41,822 nucleotides of DNA from Candidatus Moraniibacteriota bacterium (GCA_029938745.1 JAOZUJ010000002.1:1-41822), one strand, 5' to 3'. Positions 9,063-19,001 are shown, counted from the stretch's first letter. Numbers and translations: made by a program. Notes: generated from the sequence alone by a model not told the origin.

Positions 9063-11429
9063 ATGCGTATGAAACAAAAAAAGGAAAATTGCACAAATGA
9101 GAACACGTTATTAGATATAAATGTGTCCGATGTTTTTGTTGTAAAAAATGCAAAAAATCGAGCGTTCATTGAACAGTTTAATTATAGTAGCGTTAATTTC
9201 ACGCAGAGAGACCTGGGCACCATACTTGGATTTTTTGCTGTGCGTGACAATACATCTTCATCAGAAAATATTGTCAACTATCTTGCCTCTGAAGTGAAGA
9301 AGCAATATTTCTCACCAATACAAAAACCGATAGGAGATAAGTTTGAATCAACACTACATCATGTTAATCGAGTTTTAGAAGAAATTGCTAATGTTGGCAA
9401 TGTCGAATGGATTGGTCATGTTGATGGCGCAGTGTGTGTCATAGATGATACATCAATTCATATTAGTGTCGCTGGCAATGCACATGTCCTTCTCCTGCGT
9501 GATAATATCTTACAAAATATCAGCGAAGGACTTGCATCTGATGATGCTGCACAATATCCACTCAAAACATTTATCGATATCGCAAGTGGTGAACTCTGTA
9601 CCAATGATAAAATTATTATTACATCACAAGAATTACTTGACCTTATTCCATTTGAAGAATTACAAAAAAATGCTGTTCGTTTTGGACAAGAAAATTTTAT
9701 TCAATTTATACAAACAGTCCTCACAAATGAATGTGAAATCGCCTCAGCAACTATTATTGATATCTCACAAAAAGAAGGTATTCAACCACACAAAATAACA
9801 TCTCCCACAGAAGTTCCGTCAAACATATTTGGTGCGGATGCATTTGATGAACCAAAGGATGATGAAGATATAATTCCTCAAATTGATGACGAAATTGATA
9901 TAGAAGAAATTCTCAATGAAAATCCAGAGGAATATACCGATGAAACAACTGGCCACATTTATATACAAGGTGGTGATGAAATTATTAAAGATGAGACCAC
10001 AATGTCATCATTGAAAGAAAAGTGTTCCGACTTTTTCGATACATGTAAAGACACCACGAAAAAACACAAAAAAACATTTTCAAAAAAAATCACTCAATAT
10101 ACAAGTAAAAAAGATTCATCAATATTTGACCAAGCGCCAGAAGATATTGGAGAAAAAATGACAACCATAGAAACTGTAGAAACTCCTGACACTTACAACA
10201 GTGATGAATTTGATGATGTGGAAGAAGTTGTCACGGATCGTCAAGACCTCACCTCACGCAGTGCAACAAAGAAAATTAGGGTAACAGTATATACTGCATA
10301 CAAAGGAGCTAAAAACATTACCAAGAACACATCTGTGCGTTGTATTGAGACACTAAAACGTATAAAAAATAAAAATCGTACCTCACCATCACAGGTAAGC
10401 CAAAATAGTACACCAATAAATACATCGACGACACAAAAGAAACCTTCATTTTTACCAAGCATCCACCATGTAACACAACTTTGGCACGGCATGACAAAAC
10501 AAACAAAATGGACAACACTCGGCATACTCGCTGCAATTGTAATTATTCCATTAACATTTGCATTTATACCTCGTTCATCAGAAGAAGATGCTGACAAGTG
10601 GCCGGAAATTCCAGAAGAATCAGAACAATACCAACAAGAACCTCTACCACCAGAACCTGCAGTACCTGTGACACAAAATACAATTTCAGATCCAACATCA
10701 TTACTATCTGACCCAACTACTGTTGCAACAACTTTAATGAATGATAAACATATTGGTGTTACAAAAAATACTGTTATCCTTTTTGATGGGACAAAAAAAG
10801 AAGATCATTCATTATCACAAGATGCAGGAGATATCACACTTGTAACGCCGATGGATGATCTCGATCTCTTATTTATTCTCACAACAAAAGATCAATTATA
10901 CACTTTTAGCCCCACTGACAAAAAATTTGTCCAACAAAAGAACACCCCGACATTTGACCATACGAAGATCAAATCACTTAGCACATACATGACATATTTA
11001 TATGCAATGGACACTGCAATGATCACGAGGTACACACGAGCAGAAAATGGATTTGAAAGTGGCAATGATTGGCTCAAAGAAAAAGCCGATTTCACTGACG
11101 CTACAACCATGGCAATCGACGAAGATATTTATACAGCAAAAAATGGTACAATTACAAAATTTAGAAAAGGAGAAAAAGTATCTTTTTCACAAAATTCTGA
11201 CATCAAAAATGCATTTATTATTTACACCACCGAAGACACAAAATTTATGTGGATTCTTGATAAAGAAAACAACAAACTTTTCAAAACAAAAAAATCTACT
11301 GGAGAAAAATTGGATGAATACACACATGAAAAATTTGCAAATACGCAAACTTTGTCTGTAGATGAAAAAAATAACACAGCAACAATTTCGACACCCGAAG
11401 AGATACTTTCATTTGAACTTTCATCGTAA
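9063..11429 (+). CDS. Bitopic membrane protein: PP2C/SpoIIE-like N-terminal domain, acidic linker, TM helix, C-terminal beta-propeller-like domain
   Basis: AVCVIDDTSIHISVAGNAHVLLLRD and SGELCTNDKIIITS resemble PP2C strands; single TM (TLGILAAIVIIPLTFAFI); C-terminal repeats such as YLYAMD, MAIDEDIY and MWILDKENNKL. Confidence 0.6.
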   Translation: MRMKQKKENCTNENTLLDINVSDVFVVKNAKNRAFIEQFNYSSVNFTQRDLGTILGFFAVRDNTSSSENIVNYLASEVKKQYFSPIQKPIGDKFESTLHHVNRVLEEIANVGNVEWIGHVDGAVCVIDDTSIHISVAGNAHVLLLRDNILQNISEGLASDDAAQYPLKTFIDIASGELCTNDKIIITSQELLDLIPFEELQKNAVRFGQENFIQFIQTVLTNECEIASATIIDISQKEGIQPHKITSPTEVPSNIFGADAFDEPKDDEDIIPQIDDEIDIEEILNENPEEYTDETTGHIYIQGGDEIIKDETTMSSLKEKCSDFFDTCKDTTKKHKKTFSKKITQYTSKKDSSIFDQAPEDIGEKMTTIETVETPDTYNSDEFDDVEEVVTDRQDLTSRSATKKIRVTVYTAYKGAKNITKNTSVRCIETLKRIKNKNRTSPSQVSQNSTPINTSTTQKKPSFLPSIHHVTQLWHGMTKQTKWTTLGILAAIVIIPLTFAFIPRSSEEDADKWPEIPEESEQYQQEPLPPEPAVPVTQNTISDPTSLLSDPTTVATTLMNDKHIGVTKNTVILFDGTKKEDHSLSQDAGDITLVTPMDDLDLLFILTTKDQLYTFSPTDKKFVQQKNTPTFDHTKIKSLSTYMTYLYAMDTAMITRYTRAENGFESGNDWLKEKADFTDATTMAIDEDIYTAKNGTITKFRKGEKVSFSQNSDIKNAFIIYTTEDTKFMWILDKENNKLFKTKKSTGEKLDEYTHEKFANTQTLSVDEKNNTATISTPEEILSFELSS

Positions 11430-11451
11430 AATTATTACAACACTCTTTCTT

Positions 11452-11483
11452 GGGTACCTTTTAAGGTACCTTAAAAGGTACCC
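11452..11483. repeat. Perfect 32-bp palindrome
   Basis: GGGTACCTTTTAAGGTACCTTAAAAGGTACCC equals its reverse complement and contains three GGTACC units. Confidence 0.9.
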
Positions 11484-11527
11484 CAGCAACATTATTCTAT
11501 CTCAAAAAAACAATAATTTATCAGTTA

Positions 11528-11563
11528 TTTACAAAAGATATATTTTATGTTAAAATATATCTT
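11528..11563 (+). promoter_or_regulatory. Promoter with overlapping 13-bp inverted repeat (operator-like)
   Basis: TTTACA-N17-TAAAAT with TG extension; AAGATATATTTTA-TGT-TAAAATATATCTT (11535-11563) covers the -10 box. Confidence 0.55.
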
Positions 11564-11614
11564 CAGTTACTTTACAAATCCATATACCAACAATAACTAA
11601 ATAGAGGCGTAACT

Positions 11615-11878
11615 ATGACAGCATCAGAAACAAACACAAATATTTTTTGTACGTTTTTGCAATTTATCTGTAACGCCACATTTAAGCTAATATGCTTACT
11701 TTTTGGTGCATACATGTCCCTTGTAAGCGCTACATACGTCATTCAATTTTTCACATGGGCGCCAGTAGTAGAAATTATGAGCATTTCCGATGATTCTGTA
11801 CAAAAAATGCACAGAGTTGAAATAAAAATCAACAGTATTACAGAGAGGTTTTGGCATGCTACATTTAGACTCCCTTGA
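11615..11878 (+). CDS. Small hypothetical membrane protein (87 aa)
   Basis: SD-like AGAGG upstream, one hydrophobic stretch, overlaps the fabZ start; no recognisable family. Confidence 0.45.
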   Translation: MTASETNTNIFCTFLQFICNATFKLICLLFGAYMSLVSATYVIQFFTWAPVVEIMSISDDSVQKMHRVEIKINSITERFWHATFRLP

Positions 11879-12311
11879 AATTATGAACATTATTCCACAC
11901 CGTTATCCTTTTTTGTTTGTTGACCGCATCATAGATGGTCACATCGCAATGAATGAAAGCTGGATCCACGGCATAAAAAATGTGTCTATTGGAGAGCCTT
12001 TTTTCAAAGGTCATTTTCCAGGTAATCCCATTATGCCAGGAGTACTCATTCTTGAGGGACTTGCACAAACTGCAGGCATCCTTCTACACTTCATTACAAA
12101 AGAACATGATATACAATTACAATCAGATATCGGTTTTTTTGCTGGATGCGATAAAATTCGCTGGAAAAATCCAGTGAGACCTGGTGAACAAATCTTGTAT
12201 CATGTCACAGTCGGCAAGCTACGTCGTCGCATTGCAAAATTATCTGCACATGCCACAGTTGATGATATGATCGTTGCTGATACTAGCAACATACTAATCG
12301 CATTCTCGTAA
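11856..12311 (+). CDS. fabZ: 3-hydroxyacyl-ACP dehydratase FabZ
   Basis: IPHRYPFLFVDRI, KNVSIGEPFFKGHFPGNPIMPGVLILEGLAQ (catalytic His/Glu intact) and PVRPGE motifs. Confidence 0.93.
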   Translation: MLHLDSLEIMNIIPHRYPFLFVDRIIDGHIAMNESWIHGIKNVSIGEPFFKGHFPGNPIMPGVLILEGLAQTAGILLHFITKEHDIQLQSDIGFFAGCDKIRWKNPVRPGEQILYHVTVGKLRRRIAKLSAHATVDDMIVADTSNILIAFS

Positions 12312-12315
12312 TTAT

Positions 12316-12365
12316 AAAACTCACTGTTTTATCTCGATATAATATCAAGAAAAACAGTGAGTTTT
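12316..12365. terminator. Bidirectional intrinsic terminator between convergent fabZ and the fibre gene
   Basis: AAAACTCACTGTTTT and AAAACAGTGAGTTTT form a perfect 15-bp stem with further inner pairing and T tracts on both strands. Confidence 0.8.
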
Positions 12366-12380
12366 TTCTTTTTGAAATTT

Positions 12381-15300
12381 TTATTCTACTCCACCAACAA
12401 TAAACCAATCAAACTTCACATCAGTTGCTTGCACCTCTGGCATACTCACACGAAACATACCATCCGTAATGTCCACAACAGTAAGATTTATATCAACGGC
12501 GTCTTCACCACGCATCGTTACAAATACATGACCATCTTCCATGATTGCTGTCGTTTGTACTGAAACCTCCGTCTCACCTGTAGAAATTTCTGCTGCACCA
12601 ATTGATGATGCATTTATTTCTTCTCCCGTGTCTTCATCTTCTTGTGTGTTTGTGTCACTAATTGCAAGTGTATTTGTTTGAATGTGTTGTGCTTTCAATA
12701 TTTGTGTTGTCATGATGCCATTGAGCGTAAGCTCTGTAATATCTTGCAAAGTTTCGTTTCCATCTTCATCTATGACCGTTCTTTGTAATGTGTCATCACT
12801 TATAAACATTAGTGCATCTGGATCAATTGTAAGAATCCGTTCATCAATATGCGCAACAACATCTAAACCAACTTCCAATATTTCTAGTCTGTCTTTTATG
12901 TCTGATACAGACCCTATTGCTAAAGTATTTGCATCAACTTGCCCTGATAGAACACTATTGTGTTCATATAGATCTGTGAGACTCAATTGGATATTTGCAA
13001 GATTTTCATCTACTGAATTTTGTAATTGACTGAGGTTTGTTATGTTTGTATCTGTTTGTAGTGTATTTGATGTAATTGTTAGGTTTTGTTCTTTGACTGC
13101 CTCAACTATCAAAGCATCAAATTCAAATGGTAAATATATTGACTTTGCCATTCCATTAATTAATTCTGCATCACCACCTTCTACATCAATTTCACTAACC
13201 CACTGTGGAAACACACCTTCAATATCTTGTGCAATAAATCCAGCATCATGCACATAACCACCATGCTGATCTGGGTTTCTCCAATCAAAATTAACGCCTT
13301 GCAATTGTGTAATTTTTTCTAATGCTTCTGCACCACTAATATTTACAATATTTGTCTTTAATCTCTCATCTGACATTGCAGCCCACGTTCCACTCGTTGT
13401 CTTATATGCTTGATTGGTATCCAAATCAAACTGAAATTTATTTCCAATATACGTACCAAAATTATTATTATATTTGGAGATTCTTACTACATCATAAGAG
13501 ACATAAAGTGCTGCCGAATTATCCCCTGAACCAGCATCCATCATCATGCCTGCGCCAGAGTCATTCGAAGATTTTACTCTAAGCGGTACCGAAGCAGTGG
13601 AATCAATGTCGAGAAAATCCAACCTAGATGTTCCTGCTGGATTCACATAATATGCCGTATTGCCACGATCATAAAAAATATCAGATCGTACATCATTTAA
13701 ATCTGCTCGATACAATCGTGAAGTACTATTTGGATCTAGATAATAACCTGTGCTGTCCCAGTCAATTAACCGATCTGCTAAATAGATATCTGCACCAGAT
13801 GTTGCTGAACTACCTATGCTCAAATGATTGTCCAACATTACTTGCTTACTGCCATAGTTACGAATATATGTAGAGTCTGTCATGCGCCATCCACCACCAT
13901 GAGTTGCACTATACCAACCAGTGTCACCTGTTGTCCGAAGCCATGTATCTGTTCCATTAAGAACCACATTGCCATTCTGTCGCAACCCTCCACTTACCTC
14001 AGCATATCCAGAAGTTTCTAAATTTCCAATAACATCAAGAGCTTGTGATGGGTTTATCTCTCCAATGCCAACATTCCCCGTAAATAGGTCACCCGTAAAA
14101 AAGTTATGTGTTGCTATTCCAACATCATTTCCAATAATCTGAAATTTTTCATTTAAGACTGACCCATCACCTGTAAACTCAATACCGCTACTAATCGTAT
14201 TATTTCTATATAATTTCAAACTTGCATTACCCGAACTAACATGCCCTCCAATATATAATTCTGCGAGATTTGTACCTGTATCTACAACGAGTGATTTATC
14301 GAAATCAAATTCACTATTCGTTGTATCAAAACTTAATATTCCATCATTTGTATTTGTGCCAATATGAAGTGAGCTTGAACTTAAATAAAGATCATTCCAC
14401 CTATTTAACGTAGACCCTAAGTCATTTGTTGTTTGTGATGGAATGAGATTTCCTGTTGCAGTTATTTGCATTCTTTCTGTATTATTTGTACCAAATGCAA
14501 GTCGCGCATTTTCATAATTCCATATCCAACCTACATCATCTGCTTGTGTTATACCTACATACAAACCATCAGATACTGTTATCCCCGAATGATCGGTAGT
14601 AAATATCATGCTTGCATCACCACTACTTGAATTAATATGCAATAAATCTGCTGGAGTTGCTACGCCTATGCCCACATTGCCACTTGATCTATAAACATTA
14701 CCCCCTGATTGTGCCCACGCGCCTGCAGATGTAAGTGAATTCCAGCTACTTCCATTATAACCTTCAAAATCATTTGATAAATATCTTATTGTTCCTGCAT
14801 TTGCATTTGCTGTTGTTCCTATGTTGATTGCACCATCTACTTGCAGTTTTTCATTTGGACTGGATGTGCCTATACCAAAATCACCATCATTAGTAATTCT
14901 CATTTTTTCACTTGCAGTACCGGTACCACTATTCTCCGTAAAAAAAGTGATATCTTTTTCATTACCCATCCAAATAGAACCTTGTCCCTTTACATCATCA
15001 GGTATAGCAAGACCACCCCAATCAGTAACATCCCCATAAATTCCAACAAACAATCCATCAGACGCATCTAGTGTTCCACTTGATTTAGCAATTTGCAACC
15101 AATTTCCTCGATCTGGTAAGCCAGAATTAACCACGAGCGGATATACTGGTGATGTTGTTTTTATTCCTACATTACCACCAAAATAATTTTTTGCAGTAGT
15201 GCTATCTTGATATAACCCATATTTATTTGTCACATTTGCACCACCATCAAGATTTTCAAGAAAAATTCCATAAGAATTTACGATTGTTCCTGTTGGGTTT

Positions 15301-16280
15301 GCAGTATTTGATCCAACTCTACTCCAAATGCCATACTGACTATTTAGCGTTCCTTGAAAATTTGCATCATCTGTAAATCCTTGTATAGCTAATCCAATCC
15401 TATATCCTGATTCTGTTACACCTGATGCAATTGACAAATCATTTGCAATAATATCTACAACCTTACGATAATTTGCGCCATTAGTAGTGATGCTTGGATA
15501 TAATTCTCCTATATCTAGAGTGGTATTAACATTAGGAGCTATTGCTATACCAATTGAATCACCACTTGCATCTAAATGAAATAGATTGGTTACTGTACCG
15601 CCTTCAATTCTAAAATCATTATCACCACCATCCTCATTAAAAATAGCATCCCCCCTCACATCTAATTTTGCATTTGGATCCGTTACCCCAATCCCAACTC
15701 TGCCAGTAGAGACATCAACATGAAGATCATTTCCATGTACTGTGAAATCATCTCCTAGTGTTAGTCCCCCAGCCTTTGTTTGCGCTGTAGACGATGTGTC
15801 TATGTAGTTATCAGCTGTGAGTCCATCTAATCTATGAGAATTAAGAGCAAAACCTGTTGGAGTTATTTTTCTTCTTGGGGACATTGGAGAATTTGTTCCT
15901 ATTTTTACTTCTAAATAATAGTTATCATTAAAATCTAAGTTTAGTGGTTGATCTACTCCTGATTCTCCAATAATTGTTGAGAATATTCCATTTGTTATTG
16001 TTACTGATTTTGTTGCAAAGCTTGAGCAACCTGTTGCAGAACTATTATTTGTCCATAAACATGTTCCATTTGCTGCTGAGTCATATATTGAGAGTGTGAA
16101 GTTGTAATTTCCGTCTGCTACTGCAGTACCTAGTGTTGTATCTGTTAGTTTTCCATGATATGTGAGTTCATTGTCTGGAGCTGCTGTTACTACTGTTGTG
16201 AGTATGATAGAAAACACAAAAAGACCTATTGTATAGGATAGACAATGTTTGATGAGTTTTTTTATGTTTTTATGAGACAT
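12381..16280 (-). CDS. Secreted tail-fibre-like protein with peptidase S74 (intramolecular chaperone) domain and C-terminal extension
   Basis: Sec-type signal peptide, LTYHGKLTD...YLEVKIG...MSPR N-domain, repeated GNVGIG motifs, SDERLKTNI...GVNFDW...GFIAQDIE...LIVEAVKEQ (S74, Ser970), then coiled coil and KFDWFIV end. Confidence 0.85.
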   Translation of the reverse strand: MSHKNIKKLIKHCLSYTIGLFVFSIILTTVVTAAPDNELTYHGKLTDTTLGTAVADGNYNFTLSIYDSAANGTCLWTNNSSATGCSSFATKSVTITNGIFSTIIGESGVDQPLNLDFNDNYYLEVKIGTNSPMSPRRKITPTGFALNSHRLDGLTADNYIDTSSTAQTKAGGLTLGDDFTVHGNDLHVDVSTGRVGIGVTDPNAKLDVRGDAIFNEDGGDNDFRIEGGTVTNLFHLDASGDSIGIAIAPNVNTTLDIGELYPSITTNGANYRKVVDIIANDLSIASGVTESGYRIGLAIQGFTDDANFQGTLNSQYGIWSRVGSNTANPTGTIVNSYGIFLENLDGGANVTNKYGLYQDSTTAKNYFGGNVGIKTTSPVYPLVVNSGLPDRGNWLQIAKSSGTLDASDGLFVGIYGDVTDWGGLAIPDDVKGQGSIWMGNEKDITFFTENSGTGTASEKMRITNDGDFGIGTSSPNEKLQVDGAINIGTTANANAGTIRYLSNDFEGYNGSSWNSLTSAGAWAQSGGNVYRSSGNVGIGVATPADLLHINSSSGDASMIFTTDHSGITVSDGLYVGITQADDVGWIWNYENARLAFGTNNTERMQITATGNLIPSQTTNDLGSTLNRWNDLYLSSSSLHIGTNTNDGILSFDTTNSEFDFDKSLVVDTGTNLAELYIGGHVSSGNASLKLYRNNTISSGIEFTGDGSVLNEKFQIIGNDVGIATHNFFTGDLFTGNVGIGEINPSQALDVIGNLETSGYAEVSGGLRQNGNVVLNGTDTWLRTTGDTGWYSATHGGGWRMTDSTYIRNYGSKQVMLDNHLSIGSSATSGADIYLADRLIDWDSTGYYLDPNSTSRLYRADLNDVRSDIFYDRGNTAYYVNPAGTSRLDFLDIDSTASVPLRVKSSNDSGAGMMMDAGSGDNSAALYVSYDVVRISKYNNNFGTYIGNKFQFDLDTNQAYKTTSGTWAAMSDERLKTNIVNISGAEALEKITQLQGVNFDWRNPDQHGGYVHDAGFIAQDIEGVFPQWVSEIDVEGGDAELINGMAKSIYLPFEFDALIVEAVKEQNLTITSNTLQTDTNITNLSQLQNSVDENLANIQLSLTDLYEHNSVLSGQVDANTLAIGSVSDIKDRLEILEVGLDVVAHIDERILTIDPDALMFISDDTLQRTVIDEDGNETLQDITELTLNGIMTTQILKAQHIQTNTLAISDTNTQEDEDTGEEINASSIGAAEISTGETEVSVQTTAIMEDGHVFVTMRGEDAVDINLTVVDITDGMFRVSMPEVQATDVKFDWFIVGGVE

Positions 16281-16336
16281 TTTTATTTGTTTTTTCCCAC
16301 AGTTAACCAGTTTTTGACTGGTTATTTTACTTTGAT

Positions 16337-16366
16337 ATTATACCATATTGATAGAGGTATGTACAA
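16337..16366 (-). promoter_or_regulatory. Promoter of the 1299-aa fibre gene
   Basis: Minus strand TTGTAC-N18-TATAAT with TGn extension (TGGTATAAT); an 8-bp hairpin (16304-16324) lies in the leader. Confidence 0.6.
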
Positions 16367-16413
16367 GTTTGTTATTTGTTCTCTGGAGAGGTGAGTTGTG
16401 AATATTTTTTTTG

Positions 16414-16455
16414 ATTAATGACCCATTTAAATGGCTATTTAACTGGGTAATTAAT
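16414..16455. repeat. Near-perfect 42-bp palindrome downstream of the ABC operon
   Basis: ATTAATGACCCATTTAAATGG/CTATTTAACTGGGTAATTAAT with three mismatched pairs. Confidence 0.65.
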
Positions 16456-16478
16456 ATATGATTGATCATTTATTAATT

Positions 16479-17732
16479 TTAAGACTGTAATGCTTCCATT
16501 GGACTGACTTCTGCAGCTCGCCGTGCTGGATACACACCAAAAATAATGCCAGCAACAATTGAAAAGATAATTGATATCACAACAGCACTTAGTGGAATGA
16601 AAAGATTCATACTCGTAAATCCAGCTTTTTCCAATACAACAAAAAATAGCGAAATCACAATTGACGCAATAATGATACCAATGAAGGCACCCACAACACT
16701 AATGATCACTGATTCAATCACAAATTGCTGTATAACATCTTCACGCCTTGCACCAACTGCTTTACGCAAACCAATTTCAGCAGTTCGCTCTTCGACAGAC
16801 ACGATCATGATATTCATAATTCCAATACCACCAACCAACAAAGAAATTGATGCAAGCGCAATAAGCAAAATATTCACACTAGTTATTACTGATCCAAGCA
16901 TATCTTGAGCTTCTTTCATTGTCATCACATTGAAATCATCGTCTTTTGGATCATCGATATCATGACGAGACCGTAAAATATATTCTATATCCTTAACTGT
17001 ATTATCAATTTGTTTTACATCACGTGCCTTAACTGTAATATATGATAAATAGTCAACACCTAATATCTTTTTTTGCAAAGTTGTGTATGGCAAATAGACG
17101 AGATCATCAAAAGAAAATCCAAACGATGATCCACGCTCTTCTAAAGTGCCAACGACACGATATTTACTACCATCCATGGCAACACGTTTACCAATTATAT
17201 CCCTTTGTTCACCAAACAATGATTCTGCTACAGCCGAGCCAAGTACAATTACATTTGATGATGAAAGCTCTTCATCTGTCGAAAAAAATCTTCCATCATG
17301 TATTTTTACGCCAGGGTCAACGAGAGGTGCGTCAGCACTGGATCCGAGAAGTGTGACATACGTAACTTCACCATCAAATTTTGCTTGTGCTTGTCCCATC
17401 AGTCCTGCGTTGTATGTTTGTACATTATCCAACTTTTTAACTGCCTCTGCATCGTCATCTGTCAGTGTCGTGATCTGCACACCCATTGCCATACTCGAAA
17501 TATTATCCATCGATACATGTTCTGTCTCTGGAATCGATATTTCTATTTGAATGGTATCTGATCCAAATGCATCAATTTCATCCATGATATATTCTTTGAT
17601 ATTCTCCCCCATCGTGATCACGCTCATAATTGATGCTACACTCACAATAATTCCAAGTAACGTTAAAATAGTCCTCCCTGTATGAGAGAATAAATTTTTG
17701 ATTGATATACTAATAAGTCGCCACAATTTCAT
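16479..17732 (-). CDS. ABC transporter permease, MacB/FtsX family
   Basis: RTILTLLGIIVSV, periplasmic-type domain, SLLVGGIGIMNIMIVSVEERTAEIGLRKAVGA, GVYPARRAA. Confidence 0.93.
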   Translation of the reverse strand: MKLWRLISISIKNLFSHTGRTILTLLGIIVSVASIMSVITMGENIKEYIMDEIDAFGSDTIQIEISIPETEHVSMDNISSMAMGVQITTLTDDDAEAVKKLDNVQTYNAGLMGQAQAKFDGEVTYVTLLGSSADAPLVDPGVKIHDGRFFSTDEELSSSNVIVLGSAVAESLFGEQRDIIGKRVAMDGSKYRVVGTLEERGSSFGFSFDDLVYLPYTTLQKKILGVDYLSYITVKARDVKQIDNTVKDIEYILRSRHDIDDPKDDDFNVMTMKEAQDMLGSVITSVNILLIALASISLLVGGIGIMNIMIVSVEERTAEIGLRKAVGARREDVIQQFVIESVIISVVGAFIGIIIASIVISLFFVVLEKAGFTSMNLFIPLSAVVISIIFSIVAGIIFGVYPARRAAEVSPMEALQS

Positions 17733-17741
17733 AATATTATT

Positions 17742-18989
17742 TTATTCATAACGCAATGCTTCCATTGGTGAAATACGTGAAGCTTTTCGTGCTGGATAGA
17801 TCCCAAAAAGTAATCCAATAACAAGAGTAATGATCAGTGACACATACGCCATTTGCATTGTGATGATCATATCCCATTCTATGTCATACTGCATCGCAGC
17901 AACCCACGCAAGCCAAATCACAAACAAGCCAACAAAAAATCCAATAAATCCGCCTATAAGTGCGATGATCATTGACTCAAAAAGAAATTGCCACATAATA
18001 TCTCGCCTTCTCGCGCCGACTGCTTTTCTCAAGCCAATTTCACGCACACGTTTTGACAATGCAATGAACATTATATTCATCACGCCAATACCTCCAACAA
18101 TCAGAGAGATCGATGCGACGGCTGTCAAAAAATATTTCATAATATTTGTAACATTATTCACCATAGACAATGCAGACGCAATATTACGCACAGAAAAATC
18201 ATCTCCCTCATCATCAGCAATATCATGTCTTGATCGTAAAACTGTGCGCACATCGTCCTTTGTTTGCTCCACATTTTTTTCATCATCAACTTTCATACGG
18301 ATAAAATTGAGATAATCGATACCAAGTATATTTTTTTGTGCTGTTTGTAATGGGATATATATTGACTCATCATAATTAGCTGCAAATGTTGCACCGCGCT
18401 CTTCCATAATTCCTACAACACGAAATGATTGAGAACCAATTTTTATTTTTTTGCCGAGCATATCCTCATTGTCAAAAATATCTTTTGCAATTTTTGCTCC
18501 AAGTACAACAACCCTCGCTAATGATTCGTCTTCTGCGCTTGTAAAAAATCGTCCAAATGCAATATTACTACCTTCCACATCAAGCATGTCTGCTGAAACA
18601 CCTTGAAATGTCAATGATTTGTCATACGATTTATATTGCACGACATTATTACCAGATACATATCCACTAACGGCAACTGCATGAGGAACATTTGATTTTT
18701 TTCGCAATGCCTCCAAATCACCATTTTTCATTGTTGTTACAACGATCCCATACGTACTTGCTGGTGGCCCATCATCGTCTGCCGCACCTGGTAAAATTGC
18801 AACCAAGTCAGACCCAACATTACGAATTTGATCTAAGATCATATTTTGTGCACTTGTTCCCACGCTCATCACGACCATTACTGCCGCAATACCAATCACA
18901 ACACCAATAATCGTCAAAAACGTTCGCATTTTTGCTGCAAGAAAGTTTTGCATCGTAATTCGTAATGACAATACTATTTGATTTAACAT
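17742..18989 (-). CDS. ABC transporter permease, MacB/FtsX family
   Basis: RTFLTIIGVVIGI, SLIVGGIGVMNIMF...REIGLRKAVGA, GIYPARKASRISPMEALRYE. Confidence 0.93.
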   Translation of the reverse strand: MLNQIVLSLRITMQNFLAAKMRTFLTIIGVVIGIAAVMVVMSVGTSAQNMILDQIRNVGSDLVAILPGAADDDGPPASTYGIVVTTMKNGDLEALRKKSNVPHAVAVSGYVSGNNVVQYKSYDKSLTFQGVSADMLDVEGSNIAFGRFFTSAEDESLARVVVLGAKIAKDIFDNEDMLGKKIKIGSQSFRVVGIMEERGATFAANYDESIYIPLQTAQKNILGIDYLNFIRMKVDDEKNVEQTKDDVRTVLRSRHDIADDEGDDFSVRNIASALSMVNNVTNIMKYFLTAVASISLIVGGIGVMNIMFIALSKRVREIGLRKAVGARRRDIMWQFLFESMIIALIGGFIGFFVGLFVIWLAWVAAMQYDIEWDMIITMQMAYVSLIITLVIGLLFGIYPARKASRISPMEALRYE

Positions 18990-19001
18990 AGCCTAGCTAA
19001 C

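Noticed and set aside
8874..9077. 67-aa minus-strand ORF in the divergent promoter region
   Set aside because: It overlaps two well-formed promoters and has no family features; only its last six codons are kept as a possible uORF.
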